Source of the DNA: Octopus sinensis
Taxonomy: Eukaryota
Direction: 5' to 3'
DNA: 64,000 nt
NCBI RefSeq assembly: GCF_006345805.1
Contig: NC_042998.1
Location: 69,192,001 to 69,256,000, forward strand
Shown here: positions 27,308 through 39,853 of the stretch, piece by piece
Numbering within the stretch: position 1 is the stretch's first letter
Layout: every line of letters begins with the position of its first letter
Made by a program: the position numbers and the translations under genes
Notes under the pieces: model-generated
Database searches by the model: none
Seen by the model: the letters and a program-made list of their open reading frames with translations, nothing else
Told to the model about the DNA's origin: nothing

Positions 27308-27504
27308 CAGCAGTTCTCAACTGCGATTCCTAAGGCCGTATGCTGCTCTCAAGCATCTTTCCGGCAGCCCTCGACGGTTTTACCTCTATAATTATAATAA
27401 ATTCTTCTATAATTGATTTATGTTTTATATTTTTTGGTGCGGGACCCTCAATAAGATCCTGGTTTTGGATCAGGCCCAGATATTAAAAAGGTTGAGAACC
27501 ACTG
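27308..27504. mobile_element. hAT/Charlie-like MITE
   Basis: TIRs CAGCAGTTCTCAAC / GTTGAGAACCACTG; right flank ATCTAGAA fits the NTCTAGAN preference, but the left TSD is not matched. Confidence 0.5.
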
Positions 27505-27685
27505 ATCTAGAATCTTTAATACCATTCTTGTTTGTATTTAGAAGGTTTTGGGATGTGTTTTTGGTGTAATTTATACCCCATCTTTTTTGATAATCTGAAT
27601 GAAGTTAATTTGAAAAGTTTGTAGTTCCTTATTTAATTCGTTGTATTTACCAATTCTAAACCTCCAAAATGTTCTTGCAGTACAC

Positions 27686-27849
27686 CACTAGCGTATCTAA
27701 AGTGTGTGCTGCCCGGGACAGCCCTTGCACTTGCGGCCCCCGGACCCCACAAAAACACATATTGTCTACAGCAGACCCAAAAGTGAAGGTCCTCTAAAAG
27801 AGCAGCGCGGGGCGGACCGCCCCTACTGCCCCTGCCAGCCACGCCAGTG
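27686..27849. mobile_element. hAT-type MITE
   Basis: TIRs CACTAGCGTATCT / AGCCACGCCAGTG; 8-bp TSD CAGTACAC / CAGTATAC. Confidence 0.75.
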
Positions 27850-28081
27850 CAGTATACCAACATTGCTCTCCATCGGAAACATCATATCAGCTGTTCTGTC
27901 TTTTCAATGAGGCATTTAAAGATTCCTGCAGGATATTGCTTTCCTTCGTTCTTGGTGGTGTTGTTGTTTAACCCTAGTCAGTCCTGGCCGAATAAGTCTA
28001 TGATTAAAGGAACCCCAGCTGTAACAATATCGTCTACATTAACTACAATGGACGGACAGGTGTCCTCACCTTGTTTGTTAT

Positions 28082-28125
28082 CATAACATTTTGGCTGATG
28101 TACTCTCCAGCCTTCATCAGGTGTT
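28082..28125 (-). ncRNA. Degenerate minimal hammerhead
   Basis: Reverse complement AACAC-CTGATGA-A-GGCTGgagagtacatCAGCC-AAAATGTT; G12>A and C15.2>T. Confidence 0.6.
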
Positions 28126-28386
28126 CTGGTGGAATTTCAAGCCCGACCCTTTATTTGACTAATGGGGTACTCTGTTCTCATTCCTAAGGTATTCTATTTG
28201 CTGGTGCTATTTTTTGTAGACATTATTTTCTAAGTCCCTGCTTGGGATTGAACTTTTATCCACTACACTATATGACCACGGGTATAATATCTACAAAAAA
28301 ATAACATCAGTAAAAAAGAATACTTTAAGAATGAGAACAGTGTACCCCATTAGTCAAATAAAGGGTTAGGTTTAAAATTCCACCAG

Positions 28387-28432
28387 GACACCTGATGAAG
28401 GCTGGAGAGTACATCAGACGAAATGTTGTGGT
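28387..28432 (+). ncRNA. Degenerate minimal hammerhead
   Basis: GACAC-CTGATGA-A-GGCTGgagagtacatCAGAC-GAAATGTT-GTGGT. Confidence 0.65.
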
Positions 28433-29117
28433 AACAACAAACAAGGCGAGGACACCTGCCTGCCCATTGTAGATAATGTAAATAAATCCTCATCTCAGAA
28501 ATATAGAATAGCAATATCGTCTCCTTTCCATTTTAGTGTATCAAAAAGTACAAACTCTGCTGTATTCATTTTGCTTTTATTTTTGTTTTTGACGGTAGGC
28601 ATTGATATGAGAGAAATTTGGCTGTTATTTCTAGCAAGTCACGTGGTGTAGCCGCGATCCGGTTCTTCTGTTTGCTGTATATTTTCGGTTGAATGTTTAC
28701 GCGAAATGTTTTGTCTTCACCTTATAAATCGCTAATCCGTGCTCATGAATACTACTTGACGATAAAAGTAGATTATCAAGCAGGCATGGCTGTATGATTA
28801 AGAAGTTTATCTAGTAACTGTGTGGTTTCGTGTTCAGTCCTACAGCACAGTATTTTCAACTTCTATTATAGCCCCGGGCAGGGCCGTTACCAAGCCCCTG
28901 CGACCCCTGCGGTTGCAGGGGATTCTGCGGTTGAGGGGCCTCCATGTTAAGATCAAAGTACGTAGATGAGTCATGTATTTTCTTTGGTTAAGATGTTGAA
29001 CAAGAATTAAACCATGTTAACTGAAAGTTTCAAGAAATAAAATGGTAAAAGACTGTACCTTCAAAACTTCTTGTAGAATATTACATTGTACCACGAACGT
29101 GTACCAGACTTTGTGGA

Positions 29118-29340
29118 TTACTCTTTTACTCTTTTACTTGTTTCAGTCATTTGACTGCGGCCATGCTGGAGCACCGCCTTTAATCGAGCAACTCGACCCC
29201 GGGACTTATTCTTTTTTGTAAGCCCAGTACTTATTCTATCGGTCTCTTTTGCCGAACCGCTAAGTAACGGGGACATAAACACACCAGCATCGCTTGTCAA
29301 GTAATGCTAGGGGACAAACACAGACATACAAACACACACA

Positions 29341-29392
<52 letters not shown>

Positions 29393-29553
29393 TACGACGG
29401 GCTTCTTTCAGTTTCCGTCTACCAAATCCACTCACAAGGCTTTGGTCGGCCTGAGGCTATAGTAGAAGACACTTGCCCAAGGTGCCACGCAGTGGGACTG
29501 AACCTGGAACCATGTGGTTGGTAGACAAGCTACTTACCACACAGCCACTCCTG
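29118..29553 (-). mobile_element. SINE family A, full length
   Basis: Same blocks as 22622-23160, with internal (TA)n and an (AAAGAGT)n-like tail. Other complete or partial copies at ~17380-17545, 19075-19210, 24540-24660, 24900-25010, 29900-30270, 34340-34690, 36881-37275, 52110-52300, 58490-58710, 60320-60860 and 63379-63700. Confidence 0.88.
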
Positions 29554-29960
29554 CAATATCTATTGAACACGAACTTAGCTCTCAGTTTGATTATTCTGAA
29601 CTGATCGATAATTTCACGAGGCAAAAAGTGCGCCGTGTTTGTCTTTGAAAGTTGCCTGGATTATAAAAGTGCTCTTTTATTCATATCTGGAAGTTTTACT
29701 TATTGAAATTTGCAATAGACCTAAATAAATTTAACTTCTTGTACTTTAAAAGCTGTTCTTTAGGATAACGTGAAATATTGAACTTCAGATAGAATAAAGT
29801 AAAATATAGCTATGAATAAAAGGTGCGTAGATTATGAATTTTGATTGAAGGGATGGGGCCTCGAAGCAAAACGTTGCAGGGGTGTCTCTAAAAGTCACGC
29901 GACGGAGCTGGCCCAGGGTCGTCGATCAATGCCTTGTGAGTAAATATAGTTGATGGAAAC

Positions 29961-30043
<83 letters not shown>

Positions 30044-30789
30044 ATGTGTGTGTGTGTGTGTGTATGTGTGCGTGCGTGCGTGTGTGTGTCCTAGTCCGCT
30101 TGGCAAACAGCATTGATTTTTGGGCCCCCGCATCTTAGCGATTCGGTAAGTTTCCGATAGAATAAGTACCAGATTTAAGTACTTGGGGCGATTATTTGAC
30201 TAGAACCCTTCAAGGCGGTGCCCCCAGCATGACCGCTGTTCAATGACAGAAATAAGTAAAATGTAAACAATAAGAGAAGATGCGTTTGGATATAAAACAA
30301 GAGAAACCGTCTCTAATTGTAACAGTTTATTCATTTCCATGTCAGTGTTTCAGTCAGTTGCTATTCCGAACTTCTCGTTCCTTCCTCGTTCTTGAAGCCA
30401 CTAGGAAATAGCGAGAGTTCTTGACTGGCACACAATTCCTTTCGTCTCTTTGTGGTCGTTTGATTTTGCTAAAAATTACAACCAAATCTTCCTAAAATGT
30501 CACCATATTGTCTAAAATTACAACCAAATCGGGTACACAAGATTATGTAGTCCTTGATACTCTATTATAAATATATTTTTTAAGCGTATCGCAACAAATT
30601 TTCAATTGAAAATCCATAGGACACGATATTGATTTATAAACCTTTAATATATTTGGTAATATACTATAGTTTTCTCCCCTTTATTATATATACATACATC
30701 CGAACGTAGCAGATAACAGCTAATCTTTGGTCGCTATTTGGACCCCGTTGTGTCCACTACTGATTGATTAGTATTGGCGCAATTTGTCT

Positions 30790-31220
30790 CTTACTCTGTC
30801 GCGCCAATTGCAGGATATAACCAATCGCAGCCTCCAAATAAATCACGTGAGACAGTCTGTTCTCAGCCCCAGTTTGAGCCGACTGCTCCCTATAAAAACT
30901 CAGCAACCTCCATCTTCGTCGCCACCATCATATCTCTCACCAACGTCGTCAACATCATCTCTCTACATACACAGCACAACAGACAACTCACCCAGGCTTC
31001 AACGCTTCGATTCACCGTTTATGAGTTAGCTCCAGGGATTAACGGTCAATATACAACCTGCGATGACTCCTGTATCAAGTGACCGGCTCAGCATCACAGC
31101 CACAACTTCACGTACCGCAACCGGCTCTGCACTACAGCCACGACGTCTTGATACAGCATCACAACAACCCGTGTACAGTTGATCACGAACTGATATTCTC
31201 GTTCTTGTGTCCATGAACAT
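30790..31220 (+). other. LTR-like or promoter-like unique segment
   Basis: CCAAT, TCACGTGA and CCTATAAAAA in promoter order, followed by C/A-rich sequence; no partner LTR in the window. Confidence 0.3.
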
Positions 31221-31412
31221 CTAGCTTCTCATTATAGACTATTTCCCAATCTTCATCTTCATTGCTATATAGGTACAACGCACACGCATGCACCTATGCT
31301 CACAGAGAGAGAGAGACACACACATGTAGATATATCAATGAATGCAGTTCTATATTTAAGAGACGAGGAATTATTTACATTATTTACATTTGACCTCATC
31401 TTGTTTGTTGTT

Positions 31413-31458
31413 TTCACAACGTTTCGGCTGATATACTCTCTAGCCTTCATTACGTATC
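31413..31458 (-). ncRNA. Hammerhead with decayed CUGAUGA core
   Basis: Reverse complement GATAC-GTAATGA-A-GGCTAgagagtatatCAGCC-GAAACGTT-GTG. Confidence 0.55.
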
Positions 31459-31505
31459 TTGGGGAAATTTCGAACCTGGGTTCTCATTCCTAAGGTATTT
31501 TTCGA

Positions 31506-31540
<35 letters not shown>

Positions 31541-31787
31541 TCACTGCCTGGAATTGAACTCGGAATCTTGGGGTTAGTAGCCCGCGCTCTTAACCACTAT
31601 GCCATATGAAGACTTAAGTCCGTCACCCACCTGTGAAAGCTGTAATTAATGTAATGGCGTAGTGGTTAAGAGCGCGGGCTACTAACCTCAAGACTCCGAG
31701 TTCGATTCCAGGCAGTGACCTGAATGATAATACTAATAACACTGAAAAATACTTAGGAATGAGAACCCCGGTTCGAAATTTCCCCAA

Positions 31788-31833
31788 GACACCTGATGAA
31801 GGCTGGAGGGTATATCAGCCGAAACGTTGTGTT
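31788..31833 (+). ncRNA. Intact minimal type-I hammerhead ribozyme
   Basis: GACAC-CTGATGA-A-GGCTGgagggtatatCAGCC-GAAACGTT-GTGTT. Canonical core, 5-bp helices I and II, palindromic helix III (AACGTT) and a GUU cleavage triplet. Confidence 0.85.
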
Positions 31834-33083
31834 TACAACAAAGAACATGAGGACAAATATCCGTCAAATGTAAATAATGTAATAATGTATATCAATGAAT
31901 CTTTCAGAAGCATTCCACGCTGTTGTGTCTCTCTCTTTTCTTCCTGCACACATGTCGCATTCCATCTTACATATATTATAAGGACTGTGTGTTGTCCATC
32001 ATCAACTCGCGTTATCTCGCATCACACGGTTCTTTACATTGTAAGACGAAATATTGTGTCCCTACCAGCAATTCATACTCAATTACCTGAATAGAGCAGA
32101 GTGGTCATGGCTGGAATCTATTTTGGCCATAGTTCTGCTCGAGCAAATTCCAACAAGTTAGCTATCTTTATCAAGTTGGTTAGTTCTTGATGAAGGGTGG
32201 AAACCCACTGAAAATTAAATCTGTAATTAGGCATTCTGTGAAAGGTAATTTAGCAACCACTAATTAGTCAAAGATAGATTAGCGACAGCCAATTAAAACC
32301 AAGGATAGTTTAGTAGCAACCAATTATAACAAAAGGTACTTTAGTAAGAGCCAATTAAAATGAAGGATAATTTAGTAATAGCCAATCACAGATCTATATT
32401 TATTAGGAGAGTAAGGTTGCATTTCGTTCGTTTGTCTTTTGTTTTTTTCTGGAAGGAGTTGATATGTGTATGTTTGTGTGTAAATATGTGCGTGTATATT
32501 TGCGTGTGCATTTGTGTATGTATGTATGTATGTATGTATGTATGTATGTATGTATGTATGTATGTATGTATGTATGTGTGTATGTATGTATATATGTGTC
32601 GTATGTGTATTTGTGCGTATCTATGAATATATGTGTGCGTATATATATGTGTGTATCTATGCATGTATACATATGTGTATGTTTGTGTGTATTTGTGTAT
32701 ATGAATGCATGTACGTGTGCGTATGTATGTGTATGTACATAACTGTATGTTTTTGTATGTATACGTGTATATGTATGTGTGTGTGCATTCATGCATGTGT
32801 GTGACCGCCAACATAATTTCTGTAAATTCAATGGTTGTTCCGTTAAGAAGTTGATAGCAACGTAGTTTTGAGTTCGATTCCACAGCCTGGTGCTTGAGAA
32901 AGCGTCTTCTATTATAGCTTTCGATCTTGTAAGTGTAATTTGGTTGAAGGAAACTGTGCGGAAGACCATAGGTGGATAGTTCTGTTTTGGGTGGAAGACT
33001 TAATCCTTTGGGTATTTTAAAACCAGCACCTGATTCTTGGGTTGCATATAGGAGAGGTTCCATTATTGCAATTTATCGAAATA

Positions 33084-33310
33084 TAATAATCCCTCGCCAT
33101 ATCGCGGTTCACCTATCGCGGGTTATTATTTAAGCTTATGTCGATTCCTCCGCGGTGCTGTATTGCATTTATAATAAAATAAATATATACAAATTATAAA
33201 AATAATAGAAAAAATATACAGTACAGTACTGTTTCTATTTCGCGGATTTTCACCAATCGCGGGCGGTTGGGGGTTGAAACGAAACACCCGCGATAGTCGA
33301 GGGATTATTG
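33084..33310. mobile_element. pogo/Tigger-like MITE, copy 1
   Basis: TIR (CAG)TAATCCCTCG / CGAGGGATTA(C/T)TG with TA flanks. Confidence 0.8.
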
Positions 33311-33324
33311 TATATATGTATATA

Positions 33325-33786
33325 CAGTAATCCCTCGCCATATCGCGGTTCATCTATCGAGGTTTACCTATCGTGGTTCACCTATTGCAGTTTATTATTT
33401 AAGCTTACGTCGTTTCCTCCGTGGTGTTGTTTTGCATTTATGATAAAATAAATATATACACAAAAACAATTGCAGCGTGGAAGGTGTTTATAAGCCATTT
33501 AAGAAACACACAAAACCGTTAATTTAAATGTTGAAGTGAATCTAACGGTTTTGTGTGTTTCTTAAATGGCTTATAAACACCTTCCACGCTGCAATTGTTT
33601 TCGTTCCAGCACACGATCTCAGATCAAGTCACTTGCTATGCAAGTACATCTCCGTAAATATATACAAATTACCAAGAATAATTTTTGAAAAAATATACAA
33701 TACGGCACTGTTTCTACTTAAGGAATTTTCACCAATCGCGGGGGGGGGGTTGGAACGTAACACCCGCGATAGTCGAGGGATTACTG
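33325..33786. mobile_element. pogo/Tigger-like MITE, copy 2, with an internal 59-bp perfect inverted repeat
   Basis: TIR CAGTAATCCCTCG / CGAGGGATTACTG with TA flanks; internal arms at 33463-33521 and 33543-33601. Confidence 0.85.
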
Positions 33787-35914
33787 TAGTTCGCTGATTT
33801 GAAAGAAACTCACCCCCTTCCTCCCACTTGCATGAGTGGCTTTGGAAAAGGTCATGACCCGTTCTGTTTGAACGGTTCGCTTACTATTTGCAGTAAACCA
33901 AAGCAGTCAGTAAATTTCTGCGCAACGAACAACAATGCCCAACTTTTAATTACCTAATCAGCTTTGAAGGTGGACGTTGAAGTTCCTACGAGTATAACAC
34001 ACACAAACACACATACACACATAAACACACACACATATAATAGTAGCTTTTATCGAATGTTTAGTAAAACTAATTCTTCTAAGAATGAAAACAATTTTGA
34101 ATATGTTTTATTCATTCAACTTACAATTTCCCATTTACTGTTACCATACTTGTCAAAAAAATTAAGTCATATTTTTACTAGCCGTGTCAAGAAGAAGGGG
34201 CAGTGCCCATAACTGTTACAGACCATCATCCAGGATCGGAGAGTGATGCCGTTAACATGGACTCCTTTGACTCCTATTTTGTTCTACTGGACCCTCATAG
34301 CCATTTGATGTTTGAGAAAAAATTCTATTTTATTTATATAGGCGCAGGCGTGGCTGTGTGGTAAGAAGCTTGCTTCCCAATCACATGGTTCCGGGTTCAG
34401 TCTCACTGCATGGCACCTTGGGCAAGCGCTTTTGCCGAACTGCTAAGTTTCGGGGACATAAACACGCCAACATCGGTTGTCAAGCGATGGTAAACACAGA
34501 CACAAAGGCACACGCACATAAATATATATACATATATACACGATGGGCTTCTTTCTGTTTCCGTCTACCAAATCCACTCACAATGCTTTGGTCGGCCCGA
34601 GGCTACAGTAGAAGACACTTGCCCAAGGTGTCACGCAATGGGACTGAACGCGGAACCATGTGGCAAGCTACTTACCACACAGCTACTTCTACGCTTTTTT
34701 TTCCTTCTCACTCGGTACTTTTCGCCCGCATGTGTGTCAGTCATAGTAAACATATTGAATGTATTTTGTAATCAAACTTTGTAACAAGAAAGTTGTATAT
34801 CAGGAAGTCAAATATCAGTAAAACCCTGGTCAAATAATTTTTGTATTTAAATTGATCTTATTTTGTATTTCGCTTCTTTTGTAGTCTACCGTACACTTGC
34901 CATACAATTGTATAGACACGCGGCACACCTACACGATGTAGAACATAAATGGCTCCAAAAAATTTTAACCATTGTTCGTCTTTGTTATCACGATGGTGAT
35001 TGTGACCCCCGCTTGCCTAGATTTCTACACGAAGCAGCAGCAATACCCAACCTATTATATCCAATACATTTAGCATTTAATTTGTTTATCCGCAAAACTG
35101 CCTCTGTATTAACAGATGTTCACTTCACAACAGCTTCACACAAGCAAACATGACGAACACTTGCAGAAAACCAACCGGAGGGCGGTGTTTCTGTTAGTTT
35201 GAGTTTTACCCCACCATGGCGAAAGATCTCATTCATTGATGAAGTGAAAAATAGACAGAAATATATCCGAAAAAAAAAAAGAAAAACCGGAAATGCGTAA
35301 AATATAAATTAATGCATTTTTATTTTCCTTTCACTCAGCCAACCGTTTAATACTCCTTATAATAAATATACTAACATTAACTTAACCATTGTACTTACAG
35401 ATATGTTTACGGCTCAAAAATATAGCTCGCATATTTTTTTTACAACCTTTTAATAAGTGGTGGCCTTGAAATTGAAATATCTTCAATCCTTTAACAACAA
35501 AGCAGGACAGCGTGTCTTGGCGCAGCTCACCTTACACATTTATATTTGCTATTATGACTTTATAGTTATTAGACACACCTCGTTGAAGTGGGAGGGGCGG
35601 TGGGGGTTGGTGTTGACAGTAAGAAGTAGTAATGGTGGTGGTGGTGGTAGTTGTAGAAGTGGTGGTGGTTGAGGTAGTAGTGATGGTGGTGGTAGTAGTA
35701 GAAGTAGTAATTGTTTTAAGTTTCGTTCGATGTTGATCGAATAGACCAACAATGAAAAGTATTCCATCCGTGCCAATCTCATTTATGACGATGTCGTCTA
35801 CCAGCCAGTGGCGGGTTCGATCGCCTCTCCCTGCGGCAATCACGTCTTGGATTTTGACCCTTCTTCAGCCAGCCGAACATCTATATCTGCACACAACTAT
35901 CATCATCATCACTT

Positions 35915-36170
35915 CCTACCCCTTAAACGCTACTGTCTCAAGCCCTAGGACTCTTAGGGCCGGTTTCCCCAGTTTCCATGGCGTATCACCGAGATCACAG
36001 TATCTTCCCTGAACAGGACGCCTGTCCCTTGTAAGGTTACATCTACAGCTAAGTGGATTGGAACAACGTAAAATGAAGTGTTTTTGCTCAACACACAACC
36101 CGATCTGGAAATCGAAACCAAGATCTCGCGATCGTATGCACAACGCTGTAACTAGGCCACGCACCTTCAC
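35915..36170 (-). mobile_element. tRNA-derived SINE (further family)
   Basis: Reverse complement head gtgaaggtgcgtggcctagt..ggtttcgatttcc, then gagcaaaaacacttcatt. Confidence 0.55.
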
Positions 36171-36356
36171 ATGCGACTACATAGTCACCTAAAAGCAACC
36201 AACCAAAGCATGATACATGTTACCAAACCATACTCGCTCGCAAGTGACGACTACTTACGCTGCAGTGCTTATTCTACGTTATTCTTCCTTTGTTCAGGCC
36301 ATAGAAAGTGATTTGAGGGAGTACTAGTTGCCATTTTAGCAGGTCGAGAGACGGCG

Positions 36357-36395
<39 letters not shown>

Positions 36396-36401
<6 letters not shown>

Positions 36402-36765
36402 GGCAGTTTGTCTGTGCGTTTTCTGTGTGTCTGTTTGCTTGTACCCTCACCCTGACCACGGCTTTCAACCGATTCTGATGAAACTTGACACATACATAGC
36501 CCAATGTCATAATTCAAAACTAACGCAGCGAAAATTTTGAAAAGTTCCCCCAGTTCTGAAAAAAATCGATAAATTCGACATGGGGTCAAGAATCAGAAAC
36601 ACAAACCGCAAACTGTCTAGGGGACGCAACTCCACCTTTTTTAACTAAAAAAAAAATTTACCATCATTTTTTTCTATTTTTTTGCTATTTTTTGGCTATA
36701 ACTCTCTAAAAATGCTTTATAGTTATTTCCCTTCCAAACCTGAGCAACGCCGGGCGATGCTGCTA

Positions 36766-36766
<1 letters not shown>
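36396..36766 (+). mobile_element. Non-autonomous Helitron-like element
   Basis: 3' end GAGCAACGCCGGGCGATGCTG followed by CTAG|T; lies between (TA)n tracts. Confidence 0.65.
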
Positions 36767-36825
<59 letters not shown>

Positions 36826-36880
36826 AATACAAAATGGAACAAGAACGCAAAACATCCAAATAGACAATTATTTATATATA

Positions 36881-38420
36881 TCTCTTTACTCTTTTACTTG
36901 TTCAGTCATTTGACTGTGGCCATGCTGGAGCACCGCCTTTAGTCGAGCAAATCGATCTCAGGACTTATTCTTTGTAAGACTAGTACTTATTCTATCGGCC
37001 TCTTTTGCCGAATCGCTAGGTTACGGGGACGTAAACACACCAGCATCGATTGTCAAGCAATGTTGAGGGGACAAAAATAGACACACACATACATGTATAT
37101 ACACATATACGACGGGCTTCTTTCAGTTTCCGTCTACCAAATCCACTCACAAAGCTTTGGTCGGCCTGAGGCTATAATAAAAGACACTTGCCCAAGGTGC
37201 CACGCAGTGGGACTGAACCCGAAATCATGTGGTTGGGAAGCAAGCTACTCACCACACAGCCACTCCTGCGCCTGTATCTTCTTTTTCTTTTACTTGTTGA
37301 AGAATTTAATCCAACACGACGACCCCACACCTTATTTTCTAAAATCTGGTATTTATTCTATCCAACCGCTAAGTACGGGGACGTTGACAAGCTAACATTC
37401 TGAGTTCAAATCCCCTTTCGGGATAAGTTAAGTACTAGTGAAATACTACCTCTTCCCCCGAAATTCTGGGCTTTGTACAAAAAATACCTTTCTTTCTTAA
37501 GGGTAATTTTTATGCTTATCTTTATTCTAAATAACAATGAAATTTTACACCCTCATTATCGAAAACTGCCGTAAAATATTCACTTTCCTTTATATCCGGC
37601 GTATGTAAGGGATATCAAATATCCAGTATACTACTGGATGTGTACCTACATATTTTTAACCAAGTGCTTACTATTGCATGGCAATATTGCAATTGAATAC
37701 TAAGTATGGGTGGGGGTAAATTGGAAATTTACCTAGGATTTATAAGACAAATAAGAAAATGGAGGAGATATAAAATCGACAAACATCAGCCAGTAAACAT
37801 TACATCATATCTATTTATTAAATTATAATAAACACGAGTTTAAGTGGTACAAGTAAACGAATGACATCAGCCAATAAATACGTAAATAGATATATATAGA
37901 GAGAAAGATGAATGAATAATAACAGATGGGTGTACAGATACAAATCACTTACGGCCGTTTCTACCATGAGGCCCCAGAATCTACCAAGTCATCCTCATCA
38001 CCTCAGTGTAGTAAGTAAAGTCACTCTCAGGAGATATATCCATAGCCTACAGTTTGCATCGTCTTTCCGCAGCCTGAGAGTGACTTTACTTACCACTTAT
38101 AATAACACCTTAAAATGAAGTTCTTACTTTTCCTTACCATGTCTACTACATTACATTATTTTTCATTTTTACCTATTTTACTCTATCTTATCTTATTTAC
38201 CCTACTCTATCATTCTAACTAAATTTCCCACATGTTAGTTTCCTAACATTTGTACTCTCTGAAGAAGCCTTGAGGCTCAACCATTACCAAGTTTCTGTCC
38301 AATGGTTGTTCATCCCTGTATATCACTGACGTGAAGATGACTTGGAAGATTCTGAGGCCTCATGGTAGAAACGGCTGTAAGCGATTTGTGTCTGTACACC
38401 CATCTGTTATTATTCATTCA

Positions 38421-38499
<79 letters not shown>

Positions 38500-39291
38500 G
38501 TTTACATATTTGTTGGCTGATCTCATTCGTTTACTTGTACCACTTAAACACCTGTTTGCTATCATTTAATAAATAGATACGAGGATGAGTCAAAAAGTAA
38601 TGCCATTTTGCTAAGGACAGGTATAATTATCAACACAGGAACATGTATTCTACATCAAAATGAAGCTGGTCCTCTGTGGATCACATCCATACTTCTCAAC
38701 ATAGTCACCGTTTCTGTCAATAGCAATGTTCCACTTTCAAATGAGAGCATGTATCCCTGCCCCGTAAAATTCTGTTGACTGTTCTTTGAGCCACTTCTTC
38801 ACTAGTTTTCACTTCCTCGTCACTGGAATAATATTTGCCTCTCAAACCCTCTTTCATGGGGCCGAAGAGATGAGAGTCCAGTGACGAGGAAGTGAAAACT
38901 ATAGTGAAGAAGTGGCTCAAAGAACAGTCAACAGAATTTTACGGGGCAGGGTTACATGCTCTCATTCGAATGTGGAACATTGCTATTGAGAGAAACGGTG
39001 GCTATGTTGAGAAGTAGTGATATGATCCACAGAGGACCAGCTTCATTTTGATGTATGATACATGTCCCTGTGTTGGAAATTATACCTGTCCTAAACAAAA
39101 TGGCATTACGTTTTGACTCACCCTCGTATAATGGAATATTTACTGGCTGATGTTTGTCAATTTTATATTCTCTCCATTTTCTTATTTGCCTTCTTCTTCC
39201 CTTCTTTCCTGAGCGTCCAATAATACTTTATTTGTTCCACGTCCTCGCGTTGTTGTGTGTTTTTTGTTTTTTTGTGTTTTCTTGTTTGGAT

Positions 39292-39355
<64 letters not shown>

Positions 39356-39550
39356 GTAGAAAAGGTTAAAATCTAAGTTCTGTCCTTATCCAGCAAATCT
39401 GCTTCATTCAGTATTCCAAATCCGTATGTCGATGTTATATTTGCGTGAGGCAAGCATAAGAGTTGAAAACGCTGGAAAATATTTATTTTCTGCAGAGTAA
39501 TAAATAATTAAATAATTCCAAAACTTTTCCCAGTCTTTTGTTTATATATA

Positions 39551-39583
<33 letters not shown>

Positions 39584-39853
39584 GTATAAAAACATTTATA
39601 TATATATCAACACATATACATATATAAATTACAATAGCAGTATTTTTGGTTTGAGGTTGCATTGAGCTATCCCCATCTTCATATATTCATCGGGTCTGTT
39701 TCGCTTCCAAGAAAGTTGAAAAAAAAAATTCTGTTTTTCTGTTGTCGATGGTGGGGACGAGAATGGTTGCGTGCCTGATCTAGTTTCAGTGATCCTATAC
39801 AAATGCCTTGCTATAGTACAGGAGCCCTGTTTGTATAATTCCTATAGAGTTTC
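36881..39853 (-). repeat. Right arm of the large inverted duplication
   Basis: Reverse complement of 19755-23160; lacks the ~295-bp hammerhead-containing segment 20336-20630 and has an extra ~32 bp near 37293-37325. Confidence 0.92.

Larger units (their letters stand above)
28036..28511. mobile_element. Inverted dimer of a tRNA-headed hammerhead element, 11-bp TSD
   Basis: TSD CAATATCGTCT at 28025-28035 and 28512-28522; hammerheads at 28082-28125 (-) and 28387-28432 (+); A/B-box remnant at ~28228-28272 (-). Confidence 0.8.
31344..31887. mobile_element. Inverted dimer of a tRNA-headed hammerhead element, 13-bp TSD
   Basis: TSD TATATCAATGAAT at 31331-31343 and 31888-31900; divergent tRNA-like heads (31537-31605 minus, 31654-31722 plus), (AAT)n linker and a hammerhead in each arm. 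Confidence 0.9.

Noticed and set aside
31654-31722. Functional tRNA gene (also at 8161-8230)
   Set aside because: The acceptor stem is not formed and the sequence continues into a repeat body; these are SINE-type heads.
32187-32220. TTGATGA-A-GGGTggaaACCC-ACT-GAAA
   Set aside because: C3 is lost, extra bases precede GAAA, and there is no helix III or I; too degenerate to call.
35210-35240. Perfect Kozak context CCACCATGG
   Set aside because: The frame closes after 7 codons and there is no supporting donor site.
36475-36484. CTGATGAAAC, resembling a hammerhead core
   Set aside because: No helix II between the two core halves; part of a Helitron-type internal motif.
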